A DNA stretch of 64,000 bases from a virus. Every line of letters begins with the position of its first letter. Position 1 is the first letter of the stretch. This document shows positions 1-10,056 of this stretch, in pieces. The stretch spans positions 23,217 through 87,216 of IMG/VR virus record IMGVR_UViG_3300033049_000013; one strand, written 5' to 3'. The notes below the pieces were generated by a model that worked only from the letters and a program-made list of their open reading frames with translations, searched no databases and was not told the origin of the DNA. The position numbers were made by a program, and so were the translations under genes.

Positions 1-2
1 TT

Positions 3-2318
3 AAAAAATCTAAATGGTATACTAAGCACCATGATGTAAGTGGTACTATTAAAAGGAGTTCTAGGTACTTACAAGAAGTAGACCCTGATAATGTATTTAC
101 TAAGGTTAGACCTTCTGCTGCTTATTCTACTTTCAAAGTTAAGGAAAAGTACATTAGAGATACTCAACTTAGTAGAGATGAAAATGGCGACTTATTACCT
201 AAGAAAAATAAATGGGTTAATAAGAAGTATAAAGATATTCAGAAAAGCAGTACATGGAAATATGCACATGATAACTTATTAGGATTCTTTAAAGATGCAC
301 AATCAATTTTACCTCAAGAACATAGAATGGGTAATATACTTCCATTCACTAGAAAAGCTAGTAAAGAGATACTTGCAGGTAAAAAAGGTATTGTAGAGAA
401 AGCTAAAGCTACTGGTAAATTAATAAAAGAGACCTTATTAATAAGTAATGCATTTGACTTAGAAGATGAAGGAGATAAAACTATGTATAACTTATCGTTA
501 GATCATAAGAAAATCCCTATGCCTTTTACTAAATCTAATTATGCAGTACAAGAAGAAGTATCTAAGGATGTTATTTCAGGAGTTATGCAATACGTAAAAG
601 CTGCCTATAAACATCAAGCTATAGACGATATGATGTCTGAGACTAGAATGCTAATGTCATTAGTAGACAAACGTGAAGGTCAAGATGGCAAAGGAGTTAT
701 ACGTAGAGATTCAATGGGTAACAAATTCTTTGATTCTATTGCTAAGAAATTAAATAAAGATAGTGAAGAATTAGTACGAGCTGATAAGCAAAGTTTAGCA
801 TCAGGATTACTTAAAGATTTTATTGAGATGCAAATATTAGGTGAGATGAATAAGCCTTATGAGATTGCAATTCCTTGGTACGATGGTAGTCAAGGTAAAC
901 TGAGAGTAGATAAAGTAGTAGACGGCTTTATGCAATACGCTTCTATTACTCAAATTGGTGGACTGAATATGGTTGGTGTACTTAAAGGTGCAGCTAACTC
1001 ATTACAAGCTCAATTACAAGTAGCTATAGAGAAATCAGCAGGTAAGTATTTTGATAAGAATTCATGGAGAGATGCAATGAGTTTCTTTAGAAAATCTAAT
1101 ACTGTAAAAGAAGCTTGGCAAGATTTCGGTAGAGCATTTAATACTACATTGAGTGGTCAGATGCGTTCTATCTATGACCCTATGCAAGGAGACTTCTTAG
1201 ACCAATATGGTGCTAAGATAGCTGGTAATAAAATACAACGAATGATGAGTACTAGTACTTGGTTCTTTAATCAATATGCTGGTGAATTCCAAATAGCTAT
1301 GGCTTCTATGTATGCACTACAAAATAACTACAAGATTGTAGATGGTGAGGTTTATAATAGAGATGAGTTTATTGAGATGAAACGAATAGAGGCACTGGAT
1401 AAGAATGAAGCATTTGGTTTCAGTGAGAAATTGTTTGCAGAGCAGGAATTCAAATCTATTGCTAGTAGTCTAAGGGATGCTTATGAACTTAAAGATGGTC
1501 ATATTTCTATCAAAGAAGGAGTCAATTGGCAAATAGGTTCTAATAGAGATAAAGAAATGAAATCTCGCTTACACGCTATTAATAAAGCATTACAAGGTAA
1601 CTATAACTCTTTTGACCAACCGACTATACAACGTAACTGGTTAGGTAGACTTCTTATAATGTATAAGAAATATCTAGTACCAGGAATGTTAAGAAGATTT
1701 GGTGGTATTCGTAGAGATGAAGAGCTTGGTGATTTAACATATGGTTACTATAGAAACTTCTTCAAGTTGATGGTACATGATACAAAAGCTCTATGGGGTG
1801 AGTACTATAACAATGTATTAAAGACAGGATTAACTGCTGGTAAAGCTGGTGGTGATTTTGATAGTAAGTTAAGTGACCTTGAAAGAGAGAATATACGTAG
1901 AGCTGCTAAGGAATTAACTTCATTACTTATGTTATTCATGTTAGTAGCTGTAATGGCTCCAGGAGATGATGAAGATAAGTCTAAGATTAGTAGTACTAGG
2001 TATACAGCATTGTATTTAGCTGAACGATTGAAGAAAGAGGTTTCATCAATGTCACCTAATCCAGTTGGCTTAGTAGCCGATAACTGGAAACTATTAAGAA
2101 GTCCATCAGCTATTAGTGGATTTGTAGACAGATTCTTAAAATTAATAGTTCAAGTTGGTGACCCAACTGCTACGTATGCTAAAGATACTGGAATTGCAGA
2201 GAAAGGAGATAATAAATTGTATATTAAAGCAAGAAAATTAATGGGTACATTAGCCTTACCAGGATTTGAACCTACTACTTCAAGAGAAGCATTCGAAAAC
2301 TTAAATAGATTTATGTAA
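3..2318 (+). CDS. C-terminal part of a large virion/cargo-type protein (5'-truncated by the window edge)
   Basis: The frame of ORF 327..2318 is open from position 3 (KKSKWYTKHHDV...QEHR then MGN), so the ATG at 327 is internal. The sequence is helical with a late hydrophobic segment (LLMLFMLVAVM) and resembles C-termini of giant crAss-like ejected proteins (by-eye resemblance and position only). Confidence 0.6.
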   Translation, partial: KKSKWYTKHHDVSGTIKRSSRYLQEVDPDNVFTKVRPSAAYSTFKVKEKYIRDTQLSRDENGDLLPKKNKWVNKKYKDIQKSSTWKYAHDNLLGFFKDAQSILPQEHRMGNILPFTRKASKEILAGKKGIVEKAKATGKLIKETLLISNAFDLEDEGDKTMYNLSLDHKKIPMPFTKSNYAVQEEVSKDVISGVMQYVKAAYKHQAIDDMMSETRMLMSLVDKREGQDGKGVIRRDSMGNKFFDSIAKKLNKDSEELVRADKQSLASGLLKDFIEMQILGEMNKPYEIAIPWYDGSQGKLRVDKVVDGFMQYASITQIGGLNMVGVLKGAANSLQAQLQVAIEKSAGKYFDKNSWRDAMSFFRKSNTVKEAWQDFGRAFNTTLSGQMRSIYDPMQGDFLDQYGAKIAGNKIQRMMSTSTWFFNQYAGEFQIAMASMYALQNNYKIVDGEVYNRDEFIEMKRIEALDKNEAFGFSEKLFAEQEFKSIASSLRDAYELKDGHISIKEGVNWQIGSNRDKEMKSRLHAINKALQGNYNSFDQPTIQRNWLGRLLIMYKKYLVPGMLRRFGGIRRDEELGDLTYGYYRNFFKLMVHDTKALWGEYYNNVLKTGLTAGKAGGDFDSKLSDLERENIRRAAKELTSLLMLFMLVAVMAPGDDEDKSKISSTRYTALYLAERLKKEVSSMSPNPVGLVADNWKLLRSPSAISGFVDRFLKLIVQVGDPTATYAKDTGIAEKGDNKLYIKARKLMGTLALPGFEPTTSREAFENLNRFM

Positions 2319-2324
2319 ATAATA

Positions 2325-2354
2325 GGGGAAACTTAATCGTTTCCCCATTTTTAT
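2325..2354. terminator. Intrinsic terminator between convergent genes, probably bidirectional
   Basis: GGGGAAAC-TTAATC-GTTTCCCC followed by ATTTTTATTT, in the 36-nt gap between convergent stops. Confidence 0.85.
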
Positions 2355-5300
2355 TTATAATTTATAACATCCACGTGTCAAGTCAACTAAATCGGCTTGT
2401 GTACCACTTCTAAGTAATACAGTAGGAGCACCCAAACTAATATCACCTTTAATACTTGAGATAACCCTTTCAATAATAGGTTTAATTTCAGTCTTATTAA
2501 GTGATTCTGAGTTACGTTCTAAGAAATCCTTATATTGGTCTACAGTAAAATTAGCAACTAAGAAGTAATCTTTCTTAAACTCTTTAAGAAACTTATTAAC
2601 AACAGCATAATCTGCTTTATCATTAAACTTCTTCTTACCTAATACTCCACCATATTTCTTAAGCTCACCATATAAAGTCTTGGCATTCTCAATTACAGGA
2701 GTTTGATATAACAACTGCATATCTTCTATAGTATCTACAGGTTCTACAGGTTTAATTTCATCTAGATTATTTTCAGTAAATTCTAGTTCTAATTGTTTCT
2801 CAACTTGTTCTTCTACTTCAGTCTTAGTTATCTTAACATCAGCTAATCGTAATCCTTTAATTCCTACGTCAGCTAATACTATATCCAGCTTACCAAATAT
2901 ATTACGAACTATCTGTTTATGGTCTTTATTATCCCAATCAGGAGTTCTTAAAGCATCTACAATGTTACTAGGTATAATTTCTCCAGACCTAACAGCAGTT
3001 AATATTTCAACTCTAGTAGCTCTCCATACTCCCAATATACTAGCTAGTGTTGGAGCTGAACCATAGTCTAATATAGTTTTCTTACTATTTATTACTGCAA
3101 GTACTTCAGCATCAGTATATTCTTTGTCTTTCTTTATAGCTTTCTTTTTAACTTTAGGCTTAGGCTTAACTTTAACTACCTCATCGACTGGCTTATCATC
3201 CTTAATTTTAGGTTTCTTAATCTCAGGTTCAATTTCAATTTCAGTCTCAGTCTTCGCACTCTTAGCTTGCTCTATAATACTATCCTTAGTATTAGCTATA
3301 TCGTCGTTTAAGCCCATAAAAATAGAGTTGTTCTCAAACATACTACTAGTTGTAGGGACTTCCATAAACGGTAAAATAGCTTTAATACTAGTTACATTTT
3401 CAGGCTTAGGTAAACTAACTCCAATATTACCTTCAGTTAATCCATTCTTTAGTAATGAATTCTTTAATCTAGCACCTGAGTTAAAATCTAATCCTTTAAT
3501 AATCTGTATAGCTTTACCAGTATTTTTATCTGCTACTTTCAATATAAGAGAATGAGCGTCTAATTTATTACTTCTAATAGAAGCAAAGTCTACTTCTAAC
3601 TGAGTTACAGTAGGTCCAAACTTAGCAGGTACTTTAAAGAATAAACCATCTTTACTATCTAATAGAGTATTGATTTCTTTTCTTAATGCTCCGATTGATT
3701 CTGCATTACTTAAATCAATTTCCTGATTATTAAATACATCAATAATATTAGTAATTTTAGTAGCAAAACTATCTAATTCCTCTTTATTAGCATTACGTGG
3801 CTTTAAAGCAATAGGTCTCACTTTATTATTAAGGTCTTTAACTAACATCCAATAACGATTACGCTTACTACTCAATAAATCTGTAGTAACAACATCCTCT
3901 AAATAGCCTCCTATACTAGGGTCATTTATGTCATCTAAACTATGTCCTAATATAGACGTAGCAGATAGACTATTCTTCTCACTTGGCGAGTCTTCTAAGT
4001 CGTAGTTAAATTTATTATCAACAATAATAATCTTACCGTCAATTAAGAACTTCTCCATCTCAGGTCGTATCTCTTTACCATCATAGAAGTATTCATCCAT
4101 GTTGATTCGCTTATTATTATCGTACTCGAAGTCTATACTACCACCAGATACATTGAAGTTTACTAGTTGTTTTAACATCTCAGGTTCTAATATTGTCTCT
4201 GAGTAACCAACTTTGTTATAAATATCTAAGAACTCTTCAAATAACTTAGCTTGCTTGTTAGAACTATCACCAAATGCTTTTAAATCTTCATAAGTTAATG
4301 TACCACCATTCTTATCTGAATACAATACATTGAATTCATCTAGTATCTCTTGTTGTTCATCAGATGTAGTAGCTAAATCGTATGCTTTTAACATAACTCC
4401 AGGATGATATACCTTATCAGTAGTCTTATCACCTTTAACTTTATGATAGATGTTAGGATTATTAGGATGCCCTGTGTAATACCAATCAGGACTATCAGTA
4501 GTACCTAAATTAATCTCCATAGCTATATCTAAGTCCATCCAGTTATGAATACCAATGAAGTCCTCTCCTGATGCAACCTTAACAGGATTAGCATGAAGTA
4601 ATCCTTGTTCTAATTTCTTAGATGGGTCATCATTCAATTCATTAGCTAATGCTTTATTAACGTTAACTGAGATGTCTTTCTTCAATCTAAATCTAACATG
4701 GTCTTCTAATTTAAGTCCTTTGGCTTTCAAGTCCCATAAGAATTTAGTAAGTACTGCCTTAGTATTAATAGCTACTTTACTATCCAATTCTATATTATAT
4801 AGTTCTTCAGCAAAGCCTTTAATCATATCTTCAACCTCTGCATCTGTATAAGTAGAGTTACCATTGATGTCATCTTTGGCAAGCTTATCTATCTTGTTCA
4901 TTACTATTGCAGGAATCTGTCTATATTTCTTACCAAAGTAATTTTTAACTTCATTCTTAATCTTCTTATCATTAGCTTTAGTCTCCGAGTACATCAATTC
5001 ACCATATGCATTACTTAGAATACCTGTTAAGTAATCTTTAGGTAACTTCTGAGTCTTATCATAACGATGAATATACATCTTAGTTATGTAATCGGGAGTA
5101 TATAGATTCTCTCTAAATGCTCTATTAGTTGTATTCAAAGCTTGAAAGTCATATATATCATCCTTATTTACTTCAATACGATTCTTAGCCTCATTAGCAG
5201 TCTTAAATGGTATCAATACATAACTATCATCTTCCTCTGATATTACCTCATACAGTGTATCGTACTTAGCTTTACTAACTTTAGTTAATTCAACTCCATT

Positions 5301-8300
5301 CTTAAATTTAATTAGTTGTACTAACTTTCTCTTAATATTAAAGTCACCTTCAGTGTCAGAATCCTTAGCTCCTAATGATTCATTATAGTCATTTATATTT
5401 GCATTGTAAGCATCAATAAATACCTTATCAAATGTATTCTGAATATTCTGAATCATTACATATTGACGATTATTTAAAGCTACTTCTTTAACTTCTTCAG
5501 CCGTCTTATTATTCTTAAAGAATAGTTCTGTTCTAGGTTTAGATCTAGTAATCTTAGAGAAATTAGTTAAGATAGCACTAACTGCTCCACTTATACTTTC
5601 AACTTCTTGTAATGATGTTACAGCTCCTAATTCTAAAGCATTATCTAATACTAAGTCATTTATAGAGTTCTCTAGAATAGCTAATAAATTATTATATTGC
5701 TCTTCCGAAAACTTAGAAGCAAAGTTATCTATATTTAGTATATCTATTCCAGTAGCCACATCTTCTAAAAGTAATTTACTTACTTTATTATTTAATAATG
5801 TAATTAGTTTAGACTGCTCAATAGAATCAGTTACTAGTTCATTAATTTGGCGACCTAATGGAGCTAACTCACTGATTTGTAATGCCTCATCAATATCTTC
5901 AATAATTGTCTCAGTTAAAGGAACTTCATTCTCAGTATTTAATAATGCAATACGCTCATCTAATGTAGTAGCTAATTCTTGTATTAACTCTGCATTAAGA
6001 CCCGATGACATAATGTTTCTACGAATAATCTCATCTAAGAAAGTTGGACTAGTAGAAGTCTCTATAAGTCCAATGTACTCTTGATTCAAATCTGAGTCTA
6101 CATTAACTACTAAACCTTCACCTTTTAATCGAAGGAATTTCTCCACAGTCATGTGCTCTATGTTATCATTATTATATGTAGGATTTAAAGGATGTTGTAA
6201 TTCAATTAATCCATCTGGATTAACACCTAATAGCATTAAATCCAATCCTTCTATATTATATCGACCAGGTGTAACATCATTAACTCCTGTTACTGTAGGT
6301 ATAATATATGGTGCATGTTTATCTAGTATGTTTGTTAATTCATCTAACTTAGAGAATCCAGTAACACTAGATATAAATTCTACTATCAATCCTTTTAATC
6401 TTTCCCATAAACTAATCTCACCTTTCTGTTCACTATCATCTCTACCTACTTTTGATTTAATAGTATGAAGGTATGAAGCAAACTCTTTTTGAGAGAAAGC
6501 TTGAGTTATTAATTCTTCTAATCCATTCCTATCACCTAATACTTCTGTTGCTTTCTTAATGTACTCTAATGCATCATATGCCCCTGCATACATACGTTCT
6601 TCTGTTACATTTTCAGTAGCTTGAGCATTGGCAATTTTACTATCTAAGTCTTTAAGTAAGTTACTTAATACTTCAGGTACAGTTTTACCATCATTTAAAC
6701 TAAGTATGAAGCGCTTTAAATCAATTACAAACTGTGTAGACTCCTTAGTCTTATTTGGTATCTCATTACGCAATACTACATGAATTGCTTCATGTACTAA
6801 TAGTTCTTTAAAATAACTCAAACTATGAGGTCTTACAGTATCATTAAGTTGAAATACAATAGTATTACTATCTGGTGTAAAGTAAGCTGGTGTATTAGGG
6901 TCTAATTTAATGTTAGCAGGTATCTTATCTACTATTGAGATCTTAGTACCATATTTAATTAAACTGTCTAATAGAGGGCTATATTCATCTACTATAGATA
7001 ATAGAGAACCCCCATCTTCTGACTTGAATTCTATTAGCTTATCTTTAAATATCTGAGCATCTATAGCACCTGTTTCATCTAATAGAGATTTAATAACCTC
7101 CATAAATTCTACTACTCGTTTTCTTTCTTTGACATTCTTATCTCTAGATAATCTATTAACTACATTATCATCACCTTTTCCGTCTTTACCTTTATCTTTA
7201 TCATCTTTATCATCTTTCTTCTCTACGTCTTCTGGCTTAACTTCTTCTTCATCAGACTTAGTTTTAGATAAAGCTGCTTCTGCTTCCTCAGCTATCTTAC
7301 CCCAATACTTTGTAGAAGCTGCTATGAAGTTTTTTCTACCCTTAACTGAAGTCATTTCTTTAAATGCATCTTCTGCACTAGTAACATCGGCTTGGGCAGT
7401 ATACACTTGAGCATACTGGTCTTTCAGTTTATCTTGAGTATTAGTACGAATCATATTAATATTATCCGTTAATTGCTTCTTAGCTACGGCTAATGATTCC
7501 TTAGATGCATTCTCTAAGTCTTGTCCTGGTGTTAAGTATGAAGATAATGAATCCTTAATTAATTGACTTTTCTCAGCACCAATTTGTTTCTCTTGATTCT
7601 GATAATTAGATTTTAATCCTGCTAAACGTTCTTTAGTTTTAGCTAACAGTTTACTATCTATTTGAGCTGTAGTAAGTCCTATCTCTTTTGCTAATGTAGG
7701 ATTAAGTACTCTAAGAGTCTCTAAGTATTGATGATACTCCTCACCTTCTAAGTCTTCTCCAACTTCTAGCATAGCAATAGATTGTCTTAAACCTTCTTGC
7801 TTTTGTGTCAGTTTAACTGATTGTTCTAATCCAGTTACATTTCCTTGCAACTTATTTACTTCATCATTGATTTCAGACTCATGTTCCTTTAAAGTCTCTA
7901 AATGTTTGTTTAGTTTCTTTCTAGAACTAAGTATATTACCTTTCATCAAGAAAGCAGATTTGGCATACTGATGTGACTCAGCATCTCCATAATCAAAACG
8001 ATTAGAAATATCTTTATAGATTTTATCCATCTCCTTGATGGTATCTATAGCTTCCTGAGCTTTAACAACATAACCATTGTCTGTAGCATCTTCTGCCAGA
8101 CCCATTGACTGAGCTTTAGTTGTAGTAGTTTTAGCTAAACTTTGTAATTGTTTTACTTGTTCAGTTAATTTCTCAATTTTAGATTCACTAGGATTTTCTG
8201 ATGCTGCTTCTTCTTGAATTTGAGCTTGTATATTCTCTGCTTCTTTTAATGCTTGTTCAGATATACTAGTCTTATTATTTGTATCTCTAATGTTTTCAAA

Positions 8301-10055
8301 AGTCGCTGTAAGATTCTTTGAAGTACCATTCTTAAATGCTTGATACATATTCAAATCAAACAATTCCATGCGTTTCTGGTCAGCTAGAGCTTTCACTCTT
8401 TCTGCTGGTAGACTAGCATCATTACGAACTATATTAGTAAGCTCATTCATCTTCTTATCAACAGTCAGTAAATCATCAGCTATCTGTAACTTAACCCTGT
8501 TAAATGCAACCTCTTTATCAATAGCTTCTTTCTTAGCTGAACTGATTCTACCTAATGGACCAGTTTCATCTACTGCTTTACCTTGAGCATCATATACATA
8601 ATCTCCAGGTTGTACAATAATCTCCTCACCATTCGGTCCCATTTTCTTCTCTTGTGTATCTCCCCTATATCTAGCTTGTTCCTTATACCTTGGAGCGTGT
8701 TCCATAACAGCAGTCTGTCCTACACCACCTAACATACCTGAGAAGAAACTAACAGCCCCTTCCTCAGACCATGCTGCACCTATAGTAGCACCTGCAGATT
8801 CTAAGTCAAGGAATTTACCAGCCATACCTCTAGCATCTCTTTTAGCGGCTTCTTCGTCAGTCATACGACCTATTCTATCACCTGATGCTTCAGCCCATAC
8901 GTTAACAAGTTCCTCTACCCCTTCTTGTACAGCTTCAGCAGCATAAGATAACTTATTACTTTGAGGTACATAAGCTAAGTTCTTAATACGTTCTGCAGCT
9001 TCGCCAATTCCCTCTCCTTTGAATTGTTTTAATTGATGCTTTATATTACCTAAGTCATCCAATAATTGTCTGTTAGAACGAAACATAGGAGCGACACTGG
9101 ATAAATTAAGTACAGTATTTACAACTGTATTCAATCTAGTTGTTTGAGCAGCCGCCTCAGCAGCCCTTTTACGTGCATCTTCATCCGACTTACCTCTACT
9201 TCTTTGTATCTGATATGTTCTATCAAATACTTGAGCACCTGACATAGCACCCTCAACATAAGCTAATGAACCTGATGTAGCTATAGCAGCTCCAGCTCTT
9301 GCAGCATTTGCAGAAGTAGCAGTTAACGCATTAGCTAACTTAGCTCCTCTACCAAATATAGCACCAGGAATCACTGCAGTTGCAGCAAATTCACCAATAG
9401 ATTCAAATAAACCTTGTCCTAATTGTAACCACCATGTTGGATCTGATATATCGGATGCAGCATTAGGACGTTCTCTATAAATTTCACCTGCGAAATCAGT
9501 CAATCCTTCCCTTGCACCTTCTGCAAATCTAGTTAATGAGTTCTCGTAATCACCATCATCATACAATAATGTACCTAAACGACCCATATTCTCAATTAAT
9601 CCTAAACCAATACCACCAACAGTCTGTACAATAGCACTACCTGTTTGTTCCAATAATCCTTGATTCTGTGCTCTTAACTTTCTATGGTCTATTCCTTTAG
9701 TCGGACCAGTTGCAGAACCTAGGTAAGGTTCAAATTTAGACCAATCATCAATATCAGTATGTCCATATAGTCCACTTCTAGCATCTACATCTTTATCTAC
9801 TTCATCACCTCTAGAAGTATCTAATCCCCTAGTTTTACCCCATTGGTCATAGTTACTTTGAAACAAAATATTATCTTCATTAGGTACAGCATCACTAAAT
9901 CCTGATAATCCATATTCTAATAAAGCATCATTAGTTACAGGTTCATACCTAGTAATGTCTTGTGTAGTAGATATAGGAGCTGGGACTGGTGTTGGAGCAG
10001 TATTAATTCCTCCTCCATTTTGATACTTCTTTCTATTATTGTTCTTATTACTCAT
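2355..10055 (-). CDS. Giant internal virion (cargo/ejection) protein with zincin-like metallopeptidase motif, 2566 aa
   Basis: ELLVHEAIHVVL (HExxH, ~6780-6794) with downstream GLEELITQAFS; Gly/Ala-rich hydrophobic N-terminal helices; long coiled coil; last gene of the virion module; no DxDxD RNAP motif seen. Confidence 0.7.
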   Translation of the reverse strand: MSNKNNNRKKYQNGGGINTAPTPVPAPISTTQDITRYEPVTNDALLEYGLSGFSDAVPNEDNILFQSNYDQWGKTRGLDTSRGDEVDKDVDARSGLYGHTDIDDWSKFEPYLGSATGPTKGIDHRKLRAQNQGLLEQTGSAIVQTVGGIGLGLIENMGRLGTLLYDDGDYENSLTRFAEGAREGLTDFAGEIYRERPNAASDISDPTWWLQLGQGLFESIGEFAATAVIPGAIFGRGAKLANALTATSANAARAGAAIATSGSLAYVEGAMSGAQVFDRTYQIQRSRGKSDEDARKRAAEAAAQTTRLNTVVNTVLNLSSVAPMFRSNRQLLDDLGNIKHQLKQFKGEGIGEAAERIKNLAYVPQSNKLSYAAEAVQEGVEELVNVWAEASGDRIGRMTDEEAAKRDARGMAGKFLDLESAGATIGAAWSEEGAVSFFSGMLGGVGQTAVMEHAPRYKEQARYRGDTQEKKMGPNGEEIIVQPGDYVYDAQGKAVDETGPLGRISSAKKEAIDKEVAFNRVKLQIADDLLTVDKKMNELTNIVRNDASLPAERVKALADQKRMELFDLNMYQAFKNGTSKNLTATFENIRDTNNKTSISEQALKEAENIQAQIQEEAASENPSESKIEKLTEQVKQLQSLAKTTTTKAQSMGLAEDATDNGYVVKAQEAIDTIKEMDKIYKDISNRFDYGDAESHQYAKSAFLMKGNILSSRKKLNKHLETLKEHESEINDEVNKLQGNVTGLEQSVKLTQKQEGLRQSIAMLEVGEDLEGEEYHQYLETLRVLNPTLAKEIGLTTAQIDSKLLAKTKERLAGLKSNYQNQEKQIGAEKSQLIKDSLSSYLTPGQDLENASKESLAVAKKQLTDNINMIRTNTQDKLKDQYAQVYTAQADVTSAEDAFKEMTSVKGRKNFIAASTKYWGKIAEEAEAALSKTKSDEEEVKPEDVEKKDDKDDKDKGKDGKGDDNVVNRLSRDKNVKERKRVVEFMEVIKSLLDETGAIDAQIFKDKLIEFKSEDGGSLLSIVDEYSPLLDSLIKYGTKISIVDKIPANIKLDPNTPAYFTPDSNTIVFQLNDTVRPHSLSYFKELLVHEAIHVVLRNEIPNKTKESTQFVIDLKRFILSLNDGKTVPEVLSNLLKDLDSKIANAQATENVTEERMYAGAYDALEYIKKATEVLGDRNGLEELITQAFSQKEFASYLHTIKSKVGRDDSEQKGEISLWERLKGLIVEFISSVTGFSKLDELTNILDKHAPYIIPTVTGVNDVTPGRYNIEGLDLMLLGVNPDGLIELQHPLNPTYNNDNIEHMTVEKFLRLKGEGLVVNVDSDLNQEYIGLIETSTSPTFLDEIIRRNIMSSGLNAELIQELATTLDERIALLNTENEVPLTETIIEDIDEALQISELAPLGRQINELVTDSIEQSKLITLLNNKVSKLLLEDVATGIDILNIDNFASKFSEEQYNNLLAILENSINDLVLDNALELGAVTSLQEVESISGAVSAILTNFSKITRSKPRTELFFKNNKTAEEVKEVALNNRQYVMIQNIQNTFDKVFIDAYNANINDYNESLGAKDSDTEGDFNIKRKLVQLIKFKNGVELTKVSKAKYDTLYEVISEEDDSYVLIPFKTANEAKNRIEVNKDDIYDFQALNTTNRAFRENLYTPDYITKMYIHRYDKTQKLPKDYLTGILSNAYGELMYSETKANDKKIKNEVKNYFGKKYRQIPAIVMNKIDKLAKDDINGNSTYTDAEVEDMIKGFAEELYNIELDSKVAINTKAVLTKFLWDLKAKGLKLEDHVRFRLKKDISVNVNKALANELNDDPSKKLEQGLLHANPVKVASGEDFIGIHNWMDLDIAMEINLGTTDSPDWYYTGHPNNPNIYHKVKGDKTTDKVYHPGVMLKAYDLATTSDEQQEILDEFNVLYSDKNGGTLTYEDLKAFGDSSNKQAKLFEEFLDIYNKVGYSETILEPEMLKQLVNFNVSGGSIDFEYDNNKRINMDEYFYDGKEIRPEMEKFLIDGKIIIVDNKFNYDLEDSPSEKNSLSATSILGHSLDDINDPSIGGYLEDVVTTDLLSSKRNRYWMLVKDLNNKVRPIALKPRNANKEELDSFATKITNIIDVFNNQEIDLSNAESIGALRKEINTLLDSKDGLFFKVPAKFGPTVTQLEVDFASIRSNKLDAHSLILKVADKNTGKAIQIIKGLDFNSGARLKNSLLKNGLTEGNIGVSLPKPENVTSIKAILPFMEVPTTSSMFENNSIFMGLNDDIANTKDSIIEQAKSAKTETEIEIEPEIKKPKIKDDKPVDEVVKVKPKPKVKKKAIKKDKEYTDAEVLAVINSKKTILDYGSAPTLASILGVWRATRVEILTAVRSGEIIPSNIVDALRTPDWDNKDHKQIVRNIFGKLDIVLADVGIKGLRLADVKITKTEVEEQVEKQLELEFTENNLDEIKPVEPVDTIEDMQLLYQTPVIENAKTLYGELKKYGGVLGKKKFNDKADYAVVNKFLKEFKKDYFLVANFTVDQYKDFLERNSESLNKTEIKPIIERVISSIKGDISLGAPTVLLRSGTQADLVDLTRGCYKL

Positions 10056-10056
10056 G

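Noticed and set aside
91-282. 63-aa ORF at the window start
   Set aside because: It overlaps, out of frame, the long frame that is open from position 3 to 2318
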